Assembly (NCBI GenBank): GCA_902790675.1
Contig: CADASU010000005.1
Span: forward strand, 20,301-84,300
Direction of reading: 5' to 3'
DNA from: Oscillospiraceae bacterium
Lineage (GTDB): Bacteria; Bacillota; Clostridia; Oscillospirales; Ruminococcaceae
DNA length: 64,000 nucleotides
Of this stretch, positions 43,207 to 52,452 are shown piece by piece. The stretch's first letter is position 1. Each line of letters begins with the position of its first letter. Both the position numbers and the translations under genes were made by a program. The notes beneath the pieces were generated by a model that saw nothing but the letters and a program-made list of their open reading frames with translations, had not been told where the DNA came from and did not search any database.

Positions 43207-44670
43207 ATGAATCTTTATGAAATGTCTGCAACCAAACTATCTAAAATGATTAAATCAAAAGAAATTTCAGCATTGGAATTAACAAACAGTATCTTTTCAA
43301 GAATTAATTCTGTTGAGCCAAAAATACAATCATATGTAACATTATGCGAGGAAGATGCTATTAAAACAGCTAAATTAGTCGACGAAAAAATATCTAAAGG
43401 TGAGAAAACTTCCCCGTTAGCTGGAATTCCAATAGGAATTAAAGACAATATTTGTACTAAAAACATATTAACTACTTGTTCTTCTAAAATGCTTCACAAC
43501 TTTATTCCTCCATATGACGCAACAGTTATTAAAAAATTAAAAAATGCAAACGCCGTAATAACAGGAAAATTAAACATGGACGAATTTGCAATGGGCTCTT
43601 CAACCGAAACATCATACTTTAAAACAACAACAAATCCATATAATACCAACTGCGTTCCGGGGGGAAGCTCTGGCGGAAGCGCAGCTTCAGTTGCTGCAGG
43701 AGAAGCTATTATGTCTTTAGGGTCAGACACAGGAGGGTCTATCCGTCAACCAGCTTCCTACTGCGGCGTTGTTGGCCTAAAACCAACATATGGATCTATA
43801 TCCAGATATGGCCTGATAGCATTCGCTTCTTCATTGGATCAAATTGGCCCAATTACTAAATCTGTTGACGACTCCGCTCTTTTGTATTCAATAATCAGCG
43901 GACAAGACCCCCTAGATGCAACTAGCCGAAAAGTTAATCATATAGATTGGGACTATAATTTTTCAGATATTTCAATGATAAAAGGTCTGAAAATTGCCGT
44001 TCCCGAAGAGTATTTTAGCGATCAGATAGATGATGATATAAAAGAAGCTGTTTTCAATGTAATAAAAATGCTAGAAAAAAATGGAGCCAAAATTTCAAAA
44101 ATATCTCTCCCAAGCACCCCTCATGCCTTAAGTGCCTATTACATAATTTCTTCTGCAGAAGCATCATCTAATTTAGCTAGATATGATGGTGTACATTATG
44201 GTTATCGATCCGAAAATTACTCCACGTTAACTGAAATGTATGAAAACACCAGAACAGAGGGCTTTGGAAATGAAGTTAAAGCAAGAATAATGCTTGGAAC
44301 GTACATTTTATCGTCAGGATATTATGACACATATTATAAACGTGCGAAGTTACTGCAAAGCAAAATAATTTCTGAATTTCAAGAAACATTTAAAGAATAT
44401 GATGTTATTTTAACTCCAACCGTTCCAACTCCCCCATTTCCTATTGGCGCTGAAATAAACGACGCTACTAAAATGCATTCGAATGATATGAACACTGTTG
44501 CATCTAACATATCTGGTATACCTGCAATAAGTTTGCCATGCTGTCTTAACAAAGACGCTCTTCCAATAGGATTTCAATTAATGTGTAATCATTTTGAAGA
44601 AGAGAAACTATTTAAAATTGCAAAATGTTGTGAATTATTAATTGGCAATATAAAATTACCAAATATTTAA
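43207..44670 (+). CDS. gatA: Glu/Asp-tRNA amidotransferase subunit A
   Basis: Amidase signature GGSSGGSAASVAAG...GSDTGGSIRQPA. Confidence 0.95.
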   Translation: MNLYEMSATKLSKMIKSKEISALELTNSIFSRINSVEPKIQSYVTLCEEDAIKTAKLVDEKISKGEKTSPLAGIPIGIKDNICTKNILTTCSSKMLHNFIPPYDATVIKKLKNANAVITGKLNMDEFAMGSSTETSYFKTTTNPYNTNCVPGGSSGGSAASVAAGEAIMSLGSDTGGSIRQPASYCGVVGLKPTYGSISRYGLIAFASSLDQIGPITKSVDDSALLYSIISGQDPLDATSRKVNHIDWDYNFSDISMIKGLKIAVPEEYFSDQIDDDIKEAVFNVIKMLEKNGAKISKISLPSTPHALSAYYIISSAEASSNLARYDGVHYGYRSENYSTLTEMYENTRTEGFGNEVKARIMLGTYILSSGYYDTYYKRAKLLQSKIISEFQETFKEYDVILTPTVPTPPFPIGAEINDATKMHSNDMNTVASNISGIPAISLPCCLNKDALPIGFQLMCNHFEEEKLFKIAKCCELLIGNIKLPNI

Positions 44671-44689
44671 AATCGGAGGTAGATATTAA

Positions 44690-46129
44690 ATGTCAAATAA
44701 ATATGACCTAGTTGTAGGACTAGAAATACACGCTGAACTGTCTACAAATTCTAAAATATATTGTTCATGTAAAAACGAATTCGGCCTTGAAGTAAACTCA
44801 GTTTGCTGCCCCGTTTGCACAGGTATGCCTGGAACACTGCCAACATTAAACAAAAAAGTTGTAGAATATGCAATTAAAATGGGTTTAGCAACAAATTGCA
44901 AAATAAATCAAATATCTAAGCAAGACAGAAAAAATTACTTTTATCCCGATTTACCCAAAGCCTATCAAATTTCTCAATCAGATATCCCACTATGCGAAAA
45001 CGGTTATTTGGATATATTACTTGAAAACAGCAAAACAAAGCGCATAGGAATAACCCGAATACATATTGAAGAAGATGCAGGAAAGTTGCTTAAAACCGAT
45101 AAATTTGATGTCACGTTAATAGATTTTAACAGATGTGGTGTTCCCTTAATAGAAATTGTTTCCGAGCCAGACATAAGATCAATTGAAGAAGCAAAAGCAT
45201 ATTTAGAAACAATTAAATCCTATTTAACGTATTTAAACATATCCGATGCAAAAATGCAGGAAGGTTCCATAAGATGCGACGTTAATGTTTCTGTTAAACC
45301 AAAGTCAGAAAAAAATCTTGGAACAAGATGTGAAATGAAAAATGTAAATACTTTTAGTGGAGCACTTAAAGCTATAGAATATGAATATCAAAGACAAATA
45401 GACATACTAGAGTCTGGCGGAACCATTAAGCAAGAAACCAGAAAATGGGATGAAAAATCGTCCAAAACAATTGCTATACGCTCTAAAGAAAATGCCCAAG
45501 ATTATAGATATTTTCCTGAACCTGATTTGAGAAACATATCAGTAGATGACAAAACTATTCAAAAAATATTTAGCGAAATTCCAGAAATGCCAAACCATAA
45601 AGCCATTAGGTATATAAATAACTTTAAACTTCCTCAAGCTGATGCAAAATTAATCGCTAATCATATTCAAAGAGCAACTTTATTTGAGAAGACATATGAA
45701 CTAAATAAAAATTTAGATGTAAAAATGATTGCAAATTGGATTTTAACCACAATTTCTGAACAGGTTAATAAAACATCTAAAAACTATTTAGAAGTAATTA
45801 CTCCAGAAAATTTAAGCAAAATAATATCATATATACAAAATGGCCATATTTCAACTTCATCAGGCAAAAAAATATTTAAACAAATCGTGTCAGACAATTC
45901 TAAGTCCATTGATCAATTAATTAAAGACTTGGGGCTAGAACAAATTTCTAATGCTGATGAGCTAGAAAATATAGTAATTAAAGTTTTAAAAGAAAATGAA
46001 AAGTCTATAAATGATTATAAAAATGGAAAAACAAACGCATTTGGATATTTAGTTGGACAATGTATGAAAGCTACAAAAGGAAAAGGAAATCCATCAATCA
46101 TAAAGGATACTATAAAAAAGCATATTTAA
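44690..46129 (+). CDS. gatB: Glu/Asp-tRNA amidotransferase subunit B
   Basis: N-terminal VVGLEIHAEL and CPVCTGMPGTLP, 479 aa. Confidence 0.95.
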   Translation: MSNKYDLVVGLEIHAELSTNSKIYCSCKNEFGLEVNSVCCPVCTGMPGTLPTLNKKVVEYAIKMGLATNCKINQISKQDRKNYFYPDLPKAYQISQSDIPLCENGYLDILLENSKTKRIGITRIHIEEDAGKLLKTDKFDVTLIDFNRCGVPLIEIVSEPDIRSIEEAKAYLETIKSYLTYLNISDAKMQEGSIRCDVNVSVKPKSEKNLGTRCEMKNVNTFSGALKAIEYEYQRQIDILESGGTIKQETRKWDEKSSKTIAIRSKENAQDYRYFPEPDLRNISVDDKTIQKIFSEIPEMPNHKAIRYINNFKLPQADAKLIANHIQRATLFEKTYELNKNLDVKMIANWILTTISEQVNKTSKNYLEVITPENLSKIISYIQNGHISTSSGKKIFKQIVSDNSKSIDQLIKDLGLEQISNADELENIVIKVLKENEKSINDYKNGKTNAFGYLVGQCMKATKGKGNPSIIKDTIKKHI

Positions 46130-46183
46130 AATCATAATTAATAATAATCAAAATACAAATTATAAAAAAATAAAACATAATAC

Positions 46184-46212
46184 TTGCAAATAAAAATAAT
46201 ATATGTTATACT
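46184..46212 (+). promoter_or_regulatory. Sigma-A-type promoter for SRP RNA
   Basis: TTGCAA (46184-46189), a 17-nt spacer, then TATACT (46207-46212). Confidence 0.55.
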
Positions 46213-46239
46213 AACTTCATGTTGGTTATAATTTTGTAT

Positions 46240-46365
46240 TTTGAGATGTGGGCATTTAGGCTCTGTGCGAGCGAGCTCTATGAACCATGTCAGGCAGGGA
46301 ACTGAGCAGCATTAAGTAGATGACTTCACTGCGTCATAGAATTACCTGAGTGTTCACATGTGAGA
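46240..46365 (+). ncRNA. ffs: Small SRP RNA (4.5S/scRNA); ends approximate
   Basis: The conserved helix-8 core GTCAGGCAGGGAACTGAGCAGC matches the bacterial consensus GTCAGGTCCGGAAGGAAGCAGC, with CAG-GGAA-CTG forming the tetraloop. It is closed by TCTATGA (46278-46284) / TCATAGA (46334-46340) and ATGTGGGCA (46246-46254) / TGTTCACAT (46351-46359). It lies immediately upstream of dnaX, as in Bacillus. Confidence 0.72.
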
Positions 46366-46421
46366 TTATAAAATTAGTCTTTTTACAGCATATAGCAGAT
46401 GTTTTGGAGGTATCATTTTAC

Positions 46422-47996
46422 ATGTATGTTGCTCTTTACAGAAAATGGCGACCAAAAATGTTTGATGATGTTGTGTCTCAGACGCATATTACATCTACTC
46501 TAAAAAATGAAATAAAAAACCAAAGGATAGCTCATGCATATCTTTTTACGGGCTCTAGAGGCACTGGAAAAACAACTTGTGCTAAAATATTTTCTAAGGC
46601 TATAAATTGTTTAAACAATAAAAGCGGTGAGCCTTGTTGTGAATGTTCAGTGTGCAAGGGGCTAGATAGTGGCAATATTTTAGATGTTATAGAGATAGAT
46701 GGTGCTAGTAATAATAGCGTGAGTGATGTTAGGCTGCTCAGAGATGAGGCAAATTTCGTTCCAAATTCTTGCCGCTATCGTGTATATATCATAGACGAAG
46801 CTCATATGCTGTCTGCTAGCGCTTTTAATGCTCTTTTAAAAATAATGGAAGAGCCTCCCAGATATGTGGTGTTTATTCTGGCAACAACTGAGATTCACAA
46901 AATACCTCTGACTATACTTTCTAGATGTCAGCGCTTTGACTTCAAGAGAATTGATACCAGGGACATTCAAGATAGACTAGTTCATATCTCTACCACAGAA
47001 AATTTTAAATTATCTCAAGAGGCTGCGCATGCAATTGCTAGATTGTCAGATGGCTCTATGCGTGATGCAATTTCTGTTTTAGATCAGTGTACATCTATTA
47101 CCAATGATGTAACCATAGAAACCGTTAATGGTATTTTAGGCTTAATAGATAAAGCATACATTTTAAAATTACACGATAGCATTCTAAATAAAGATGCGTC
47201 AGGAGCTATTAAAGTTGTTGATTCATTATATCAAAATTCAGTTGATATTCAATATCTTTGCTCCGAGTTGATTAGGTTTTACCGCGAAATAATGCTTTCT
47301 TTAGTTTTAGACTCAAATTCATATCAGTCTATAAGCTCTAGTGAATTTTCCAACATAACTAAGCAAGCTGCATCAGGTGATTTGAATTTATCGAGTCTCT
47401 TAAGATATTTAGATCTACTTCAAAATTGCTCTGAAGATCTTAAAAGTTCGTCTAACAAACGTTTGCGATTTGAAGTTTGCATTTTAAAATTGTGTTTACA
47501 TTCTTCGAATGATGTGTTTTCTAAACTTAATGTGGCCAATAGCGTTAGTAACAAAATTTCGGATAGTAAAAACTGCCAAAGTTCTTATAATACCACTGCT
47601 CTGCTTAGTGATATTGATAATATAAACAGAGAAAAACCTATAAAACATGATAATCAAGAATTAAAGTCATCTAAAAACTTTGTTCCATTAAATAGCTGGC
47701 AGGATATTTTAAATGATATTCGTGATAAAGACACAAATGGCATGTTATTTGGATTTTTGGTTGGATCTCAAGCTTTTGCTGTTGAAGATAAATTGTATAT
47801 AAATTCTAAAAATTCTATCGTTGCTGAAAAAATATTAGAAAAAAAATCGTTTATAAGTGATATAATAAAATCTAGAACAGGAAAAAACTATCGCATATTT
47901 TTAAAAAAGGCAGCGACTGTTGAAGATGCTAAAAATAAACTTCAAGATTTTTTAATATCAGCTGAAAATGCTGGAATAACAATTGACGAAGAATAA
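46422..47996 (+). CDS. dnaX: DNA polymerase III subunit gamma/tau
   Basis: YRKWRP, GSRGTGKTT, IIDEAHMLS and a Cys zinc module (CCECSVC). Start moved to ATG 46422 (GGAGG 11 nt upstream), because the track start at 46350 lies inside the SRP RNA. Confidence 0.9.
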   Translation: MYVALYRKWRPKMFDDVVSQTHITSTLKNEIKNQRIAHAYLFTGSRGTGKTTCAKIFSKAINCLNNKSGEPCCECSVCKGLDSGNILDVIEIDGASNNSVSDVRLLRDEANFVPNSCRYRVYIIDEAHMLSASAFNALLKIMEEPPRYVVFILATTEIHKIPLTILSRCQRFDFKRIDTRDIQDRLVHISTTENFKLSQEAAHAIARLSDGSMRDAISVLDQCTSITNDVTIETVNGILGLIDKAYILKLHDSILNKDASGAIKVVDSLYQNSVDIQYLCSELIRFYREIMLSLVLDSNSYQSISSSEFSNITKQAASGDLNLSSLLRYLDLLQNCSEDLKSSSNKRLRFEVCILKLCLHSSNDVFSKLNVANSVSNKISDSKNCQSSYNTTALLSDIDNINREKPIKHDNQELKSSKNFVPLNSWQDILNDIRDKDTNGMLFGFLVGSQAFAVEDKLYINSKNSIVAEKILEKKSFISDIIKSRTGKNYRIFLKKAATVEDAKNKLQDFLISAENAGITIDEE

Positions 47997-48031
47997 AATT
48001 TATATTAAAATTGAAATAGGAGATGATTATT

Positions 48032-48370
48032 ATGAAATCAAGATTACCCAATAATTACAATAATAAACAAAATGATATGACAGAAAAATTGCAAAATATA
48101 CAAGCAAAAATGCAAGAGAAAACATCTGAAATTGAAAAGATGACTTTCCCTGCTCAATCTGGTGGTGGAGCTGTTGAAGCAGTTGTTATGGGTGACAAAA
48201 GTGTGCACTCATTAAATATTAATCCGGATGTTGTGTCAGCTGATGACATCGAAATGCTTCAAGATTTAATCATTAGTGCCATTAACGAAGCTTTAAATAA
48301 AGTTGACAAATATACTGATGAAGAGATAAATAAGATAACGAAGGGCTTATCTGTTCCTGGGTTATTTTAA
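48032..48370 (+). CDS. ybaB: Nucleoid-associated protein YbaB/EbfC
   Basis: About 110 aa with GGGAVEAVVMGDKSVHSLNINPDVV and DLIISAINEAL, in dnaX-ybaB-recR synteny. The start (48023 or 48032) is uncertain. Confidence 0.85.
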   Translation: MKSRLPNNYNNKQNDMTEKLQNIQAKMQEKTSEIEKMTFPAQSGGGAVEAVVMGDKSVHSLNINPDVVSADDIEMLQDLIISAINEALNKVDKYTDEEINKITKGLSVPGLF

Positions 48371-48373
48371 ATT

Positions 48374-48973
48374 ATGAATGGAGAATCAATTACTCTAAAG
48401 AAATTAGCAGAGCAATTTGCTTCTCTGCCAGGAATTGGCCGTAAATCAGCCTGGCGACTTGCATTTCACATGCTTACATTGGATAAACATCAAATTGAAA
48501 ATTTTACTGATGTTTTGTTAGATGCTCACAAGAATATACACAAATGCTCAGTATGTCAAAATTTGACTGACTTAACAACATGTGAAATATGCTTAGATAA
48601 ATCCAGAGCTTCTGATATTATTTGTGTTGTAGAGGAGCCTAGAGATGTGATCATCTTAGAAAAGTCTAACAGTTTTAGTGGATTATATCATGTTTTACAT
48701 GGGTTAATATCTCCTTTAGATGGTATTGGTCCAGATAATTTAACAATTAAAAGCTTAATACACAGAGTAAATACTACCAAAGTTAAAGAAGTTATATTAG
48801 CTACAAGTCCAACAATAGAAGGTGAAGCTACTGCGATGTATATATCTAAATTAATAAAGCCTATGGGAGTAACAGTTTCTCGCATTGCCTATGGTATGCC
48901 AGTTGGCGGAGAATTAAAATATGTGGACGAAATAACAATTTCTAAAGCTATAGAAAATCGAAACAGATTATAA
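48374..48973 (+). CDS. recR: Recombination protein RecR
   Basis: HhH N-terminus (LPGIGRKSAWRLAFH), C4 zinc finger (CSVCQN...CEIC) and a Toprim domain. Confidence 0.95.
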   Translation: MNGESITLKKLAEQFASLPGIGRKSAWRLAFHMLTLDKHQIENFTDVLLDAHKNIHKCSVCQNLTDLTTCEICLDKSRASDIICVVEEPRDVIILEKSNSFSGLYHVLHGLISPLDGIGPDNLTIKSLIHRVNTTKVKEVILATSPTIEGEATAMYISKLIKPMGVTVSRIAYGMPVGGELKYVDEITISKAIENRNRL

Positions 48974-49000
48974 TTACAGAAAGAGCTAAAGGCTGTTATT

Positions 49001-49471
49001 ATGCAAAACAAATCAAGAAAAATAATTTCTTTAAATAGAAAAGCCAAACATGACTATATAATTGAAAAATCTTATGAAGCTGGTATTGAACTTTTTGGTA
49101 CTGAAGTTAAGTCTATAAGACAAGGAAATATCACGTTAAAAGATGCATATTGTATGATAGATAATGGCCAAATTTATTTGTTTAATATGCATATCAAGCC
49201 TTATGAACATGGCAATATATTTAACAGAGATCCTGTTCGTAAAAGAAAATTATTGTTGCACAAAAAAGAAATTTTAAATTTACACAATGTTGTTAAACGT
49301 CAAGGATATTCTATAATTCCTTTATCTGCTTATTTTGCCAAATCTAAAGTTAAAATTGAAATAGGCCTTTGTAGAGGTAAAAAACTGTATGATAAAAGAG
49401 CTTCAATTGCCGCCAGAGATGCTAATAGGCAAATTGAACGAGAATTAAAGCAAAAATCAAATTATTATTAA
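49001..49471 (+). CDS. smpB: SsrA-binding protein
   Basis: NRKAKHDY, GTEVKS and KRKLLLHKKE motifs. The tmRNA starts 2 nt downstream. Confidence 0.95.
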   Translation: MQNKSRKIISLNRKAKHDYIIEKSYEAGIELFGTEVKSIRQGNITLKDAYCMIDNGQIYLFNMHIKPYEHGNIFNRDPVRKRKLLLHKKEILNLHNVVKRQGYSIIPLSAYFAKSKVKIEIGLCRGKKLYDKRASIAARDANRQIERELKQKSNYY

Positions 49472-49472
49472 A

Positions 49473-49862
49473 GGGGGCGTAAGGGATTCGACGGGAATGA
49501 AAGTGTATGATAAGCGAGTAGAGGAGATGCCACCTCTATAAAAGGCATATTTAAATTTTAAATGCAAAAAATAATGCAAGTATAGGCTTTGTTAACAGCA
49601 AAGCTCTTTTGGCAGCTTAATTAATTTTGCCAAGGTTGTATTCTAGTTTTGCTGCGAACTGAATTCAACTTCATTTGATTTTAGCAGTAAACAGTTCATG
49701 GAATATCTCAGTTCTTTGAACAGTGAATTAATGAGATACTCTATTTTATCGGTTTGCTTTTTGTCTATATAATATGAGGAATTTCTAACAATAAGCTACA
49801 CTCGTAGAAAGTTATACATACTCACTTTTCGGACAGGGGTTCAACTCCCCTCGCCTCCACCA
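49473..49862 (+). ncRNA. ssrA: tmRNA (SsrA)
   Basis: The 5' end GGGGGCGTAAGGGATTCGACGGG and the 3' end GGACAGGGGTTCAACTCCCCTCGCCTCCACCA form the tRNA-like domain. The internal reading frame GCA AAA AAT AAT GCA AGT ATA GGC TTT GTT AAC AGC AAA GCT CTT TTG GCA GCT TAA gives the tag AKNNASIGFVNSKALLAA, but the resume codon is not certain. Confidence 0.92.
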
Positions 49863-49882
49863 CTAGAACATGTAAAAATTTT

Positions 49883-49921
49883 AAGGCTTCCTGAGTTCAT
49901 ATTTTTCAGGAAGCCTTTTTC
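49883..49921 (+). terminator. Rho-independent terminator of ssrA
   Basis: Perfect 12-bp stem AAGGCTTCCTGA (49883-49894) / TCAGGAAGCCTT (49906-49917) followed by TTT. Confidence 0.8.
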
Positions 49922-50024
49922 TGCTATTTATCCAAATTAAATAATTAAATTTATCAATTTTTATTACAATTCAGCTTATGATAATCATACAAAAACATAT
50001 AATTTTTATTTTAAATATGTTGTA

Positions 50025-51394
50025 TTAACTATTCATAAATTTTTTAATTTTATCTTCATATCCTCCTTTAAAAAATGCACATGTTGACTCATCTTTTCCG
50101 TAGAAATCTCCAGTACCCGCAAAAGCAATAACTCTACAATGTCCACCTCCACATTTTTCCCTATATTCGCAATTTCTACATTCTTTATTTCTGTCAAACA
50201 AATCTTGAACGGTTGTCAATACTGTGCTTAAATAATTAGATTTTGTCAATATATCTTTTAACTTCATATTTTTTAAATTTTCAAAATTCATGTTATATTT
50301 TTTTGCATATCCATTCCAACCGTTACATGGCAAAACTTGTCCATCAGGAGCAATGAAAATTTCATCTCTCGTGCGCCAGCAAGCTACCTGTTTAGAAAAA
50401 TCTGAAGTTTCATTACACTTTAGTGGAACAATGGACAAAATATTTGCTTGATTATCGGCAAAGCAAAAGTCTTTTAAATAAAATGCTACGTTCCAATTTT
50501 TTTCTTGTGTGCATAAAGTAAATCTATGTAAGCATCATAGCAATCTTCATATGATAAAGCTTTATTTTCCTCCGGAAGTAGACTCCATCGTAATGTCTCA
50601 GCAGTTCTATATACTTCAACTTGAGTAACGCCCATATTATTCATAAGTTCAACTGTGTCGTTAAGAACATGAATATTACCTTGGTGTATACAACATACAG
50701 CTATAACATAAAAATCATTTTCCACTAACATCTTTATTGCATTTAACGCATCTTTTTCTGCACCATCTACTCCTCTCATCCAATTATGATATCCTATGCC
50801 ATCAAAACTAACACTAAATGATGGCTTTATGTTTCTTTTTATTATTTCATCAATAAATTCTTTGGTTATAAGTGAACCATTTGTGTTTATGGAAGCAATT
50901 TTAACATTTCTTTTTAATAATTCATCCACAATGTCAAAAAAGTCATTTCTAAGAAGTGGCTCTCCACCTGTAAAAATAACTCTTTCTATTCCACAGTCTG
51001 CTATTTGATTAGCTATATCCAAACAGTCTTCAAGTGGTAGTTCATCGTTCCTGTTTTCACCATCAGATGCCATAAAACAATGTCGACATTTGTAGTTACA
51101 TCTTTCTGTAAGTCCCCACCTAACTTGATGAAAATACCTATTATTAAAAAATTTATATTGTTGATTTGTTTCTAATTTCTTACCTTCTTCGTTCAAATGA
51201 ATAATATTTGCGTTTAATAATTGTTTAATAACATCATTATTTTCCAAATCATGGTTTCCATCACATTTCTTTAATATGTCAAACTCTTCTAAATCTAAAG
51301 TTCTTACTGATGCATTTTTGTTAATATTAAATAAAACTCTTGGAATTCTCAACCAGCCTCTAAGACCTAATTACCTATTTAATAATAATTTCAT
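50025..51394 (-). pseudogene. Radical SAM/SPASM peptide-maturase gene, interrupted (in-frame TAA at codon 8 and a frameshift at an A7 run); may be a pseudogene, a sequencing artefact or a recoded gene
   Basis: Track ORF 50486-51352 carries the radical SAM core CNYKCRHC (CxxxCxxC) and a GGEPLL-type segment. Track ORF 50025-50438 carries a Cys-rich SPASM-type tail (CRNCEYREKCGGGHC; 8 Cys in total). The two frames are joined by one extra A in the A7 run (plus-strand T7 at 50497-50503), giving ...LLYAHKKKNWNVAFYLKDFCFADNQANILSIVPLKCNE.... Upstream, a strong SD (GGAGGG, 5 nt) precedes ATG 51394, giving MKLLLNR-TAA(51371-51373)-LGLRGW-(TTG 51352)RIPRVLFNINKNASVRTLDLEEFDILKKCDG, all in one frame. 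Confidence 0.6.
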
Positions 51395-51471
51395 AACAGC
51401 CCTCCATTACTCAACATATTAAATTATATGTACTATAAATAATATATATCTTATGTCTATTTTTGCCAAAT

Positions 51472-51500
51472 AATATAAAGGTTTTATCTATTTTTGTCAA
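51472..51500 (-). promoter_or_regulatory. Sigma-A-type promoter for the radical SAM gene
   Basis: The minus strand reads TTGACA (plus 51495-51500), a 17-nt spacer, then TATATT (plus 51472-51477). Confidence 0.5.
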
Positions 51501-51648
51501 CATATTTACAATATTTCATATTAATTTATAAATATAACGATAAAATTAATTACTTTTAAAGTTATTTTGTTTGATGTAAAATTACTTCACATCTATAATC
51601 AAAAATTGGTCAAAAACGTGTACTTATATATTTCCTAATAAAGCACAT

Positions 51649-51692
51649 CAAAAAATTACCCTTCATCAACAATTGCTTTAATGAAGGGTAAT
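51649..51692 (-). terminator. Rho-independent terminator of the KS-KS'-DH-ACP operon
   Basis: Perfect 12-bp stem ATTACCCTTCAT (51655-51666) / ATGAAGGGTAAT (51681-51692). On the minus strand it is followed by TTTTT. Confidence 0.7.
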
Positions 51693-51764
51693 TTAAAACC
51701 ACATACATCTATTGTAAAAAAACACCCAAACTTATATTTGCTTAATATTATTTATTAAAGATTA

Positions 51765-52004
51765 TTATTTCTTGTTACTCTCAATTATATTAACTATGTC
51801 TTCAATTGTTCTAAGCTCAGAAATTTTTTCAGGCTCAACAACAACATTAAATTTTCCTTCAACCATTCCAAATACTTCAAGTATGTTTAAAGAATCCAAG
51901 CCTACTTCCTCCAGAAGATTTGCATCTCTTGGAATATCATCGGTATCCTTCCCAGTAATCTTGCTTAACTCTTCCCTAACCATTTTTTCAGTATCATTCA
52001 TCAC
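51765..52004 (-). CDS. Acyl carrier protein (cluster-dedicated)
   Basis: 79 aa and acidic, with a GLDSLNILE phosphopantetheine attachment motif (DSL). Confidence 0.82.
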   Translation of the reverse strand: MMNDTEKMVREELSKITGKDTDDIPRDANLLEEVGLDSLNILEVFGMVEGKFNVVVEPEKISELRTIEDIVNIIESNKK

Positions 52005-52036
52005 AAAAGCCTCCTTAATTTTAAAATAATTATTAT

Positions 52037-52450
52037 TTATTTTATTACTATAGTTAGCTCTGCTTCAGCTGCCATGACATTATCAACATACGTAGAACAA
52101 TCTGCTCTTAAAACTCTAAAAGAGTCCTTTATAACTTCCATTTTAACCGATATTAAATCACAAGGCAACACTAATTTTTTGAATTTTACGTTTTGCATTT
52201 CTGCAACAACAGGAATTCCGTCTATTTTTCTAGTATACCCAACAAAAGCTGCGGTAAGTTGAGCCATAATCTCACAGAGAATAGATCCTGGTACAATTTT
52301 TTTATAAGGATAATGCCCATCCAAAAAAAACTCATTTCCTTTAACTTTATATATACCCTCAGCACAAGTTCCATCTATACTAACAATTTCATCCAACAAT
52401 AACATACTATTTCTATGAGGAATTAATTTTTTTAAATCAAACTCCTTCAT
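52037..52450 (-). CDS. FabZ-like 3-hydroxyacyl-ACP dehydratase (hot-dog fold)
   Basis: LIPHRNSMLLLDEIV and GHYPYKKIVPGSILCEIMAQ match the FabZ patterns LPHR.P.LLVD and GHFP..P.mPGVL..EA.AQ. Confidence 0.82.
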   Translation of the reverse strand: MKEFDLKKLIPHRNSMLLLDEIVSIDGTCAEGIYKVKGNEFFLDGHYPYKKIVPGSILCEIMAQLTAAFVGYTRKIDGIPVVAEMQNVKFKKLVLPCDLISVKMEVIKDSFRVLRADCSTYVDNVMAAEAELTIVIK

Positions 52451-52452
52451 AA

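Noticed and set aside
46350-46421. Track start of dnaX at 46350 (MFTCEIIKLVFLQHIADVLEVSFY...).
   Set aside because: This extension overlaps the 3' stem of the SRP RNA and has no RBS. ATG 46422 has a GGAGG 11 nt upstream and gives the canonical MYVALYRKWRP start.
47903-47909. A_AAA_AAG heptamer in the zero frame of dnaX, identical to the E. coli dnaX -1 frameshift slippery site. The -1 frame stops 4 codons later.
   Set aside because: It lies only about 30 codons from the natural stop, so it could not generate a gamma-like product. I saw no upstream internal SD or downstream stem-loop. Most likely coincidence in Lys-rich, AT-rich coding sequence.
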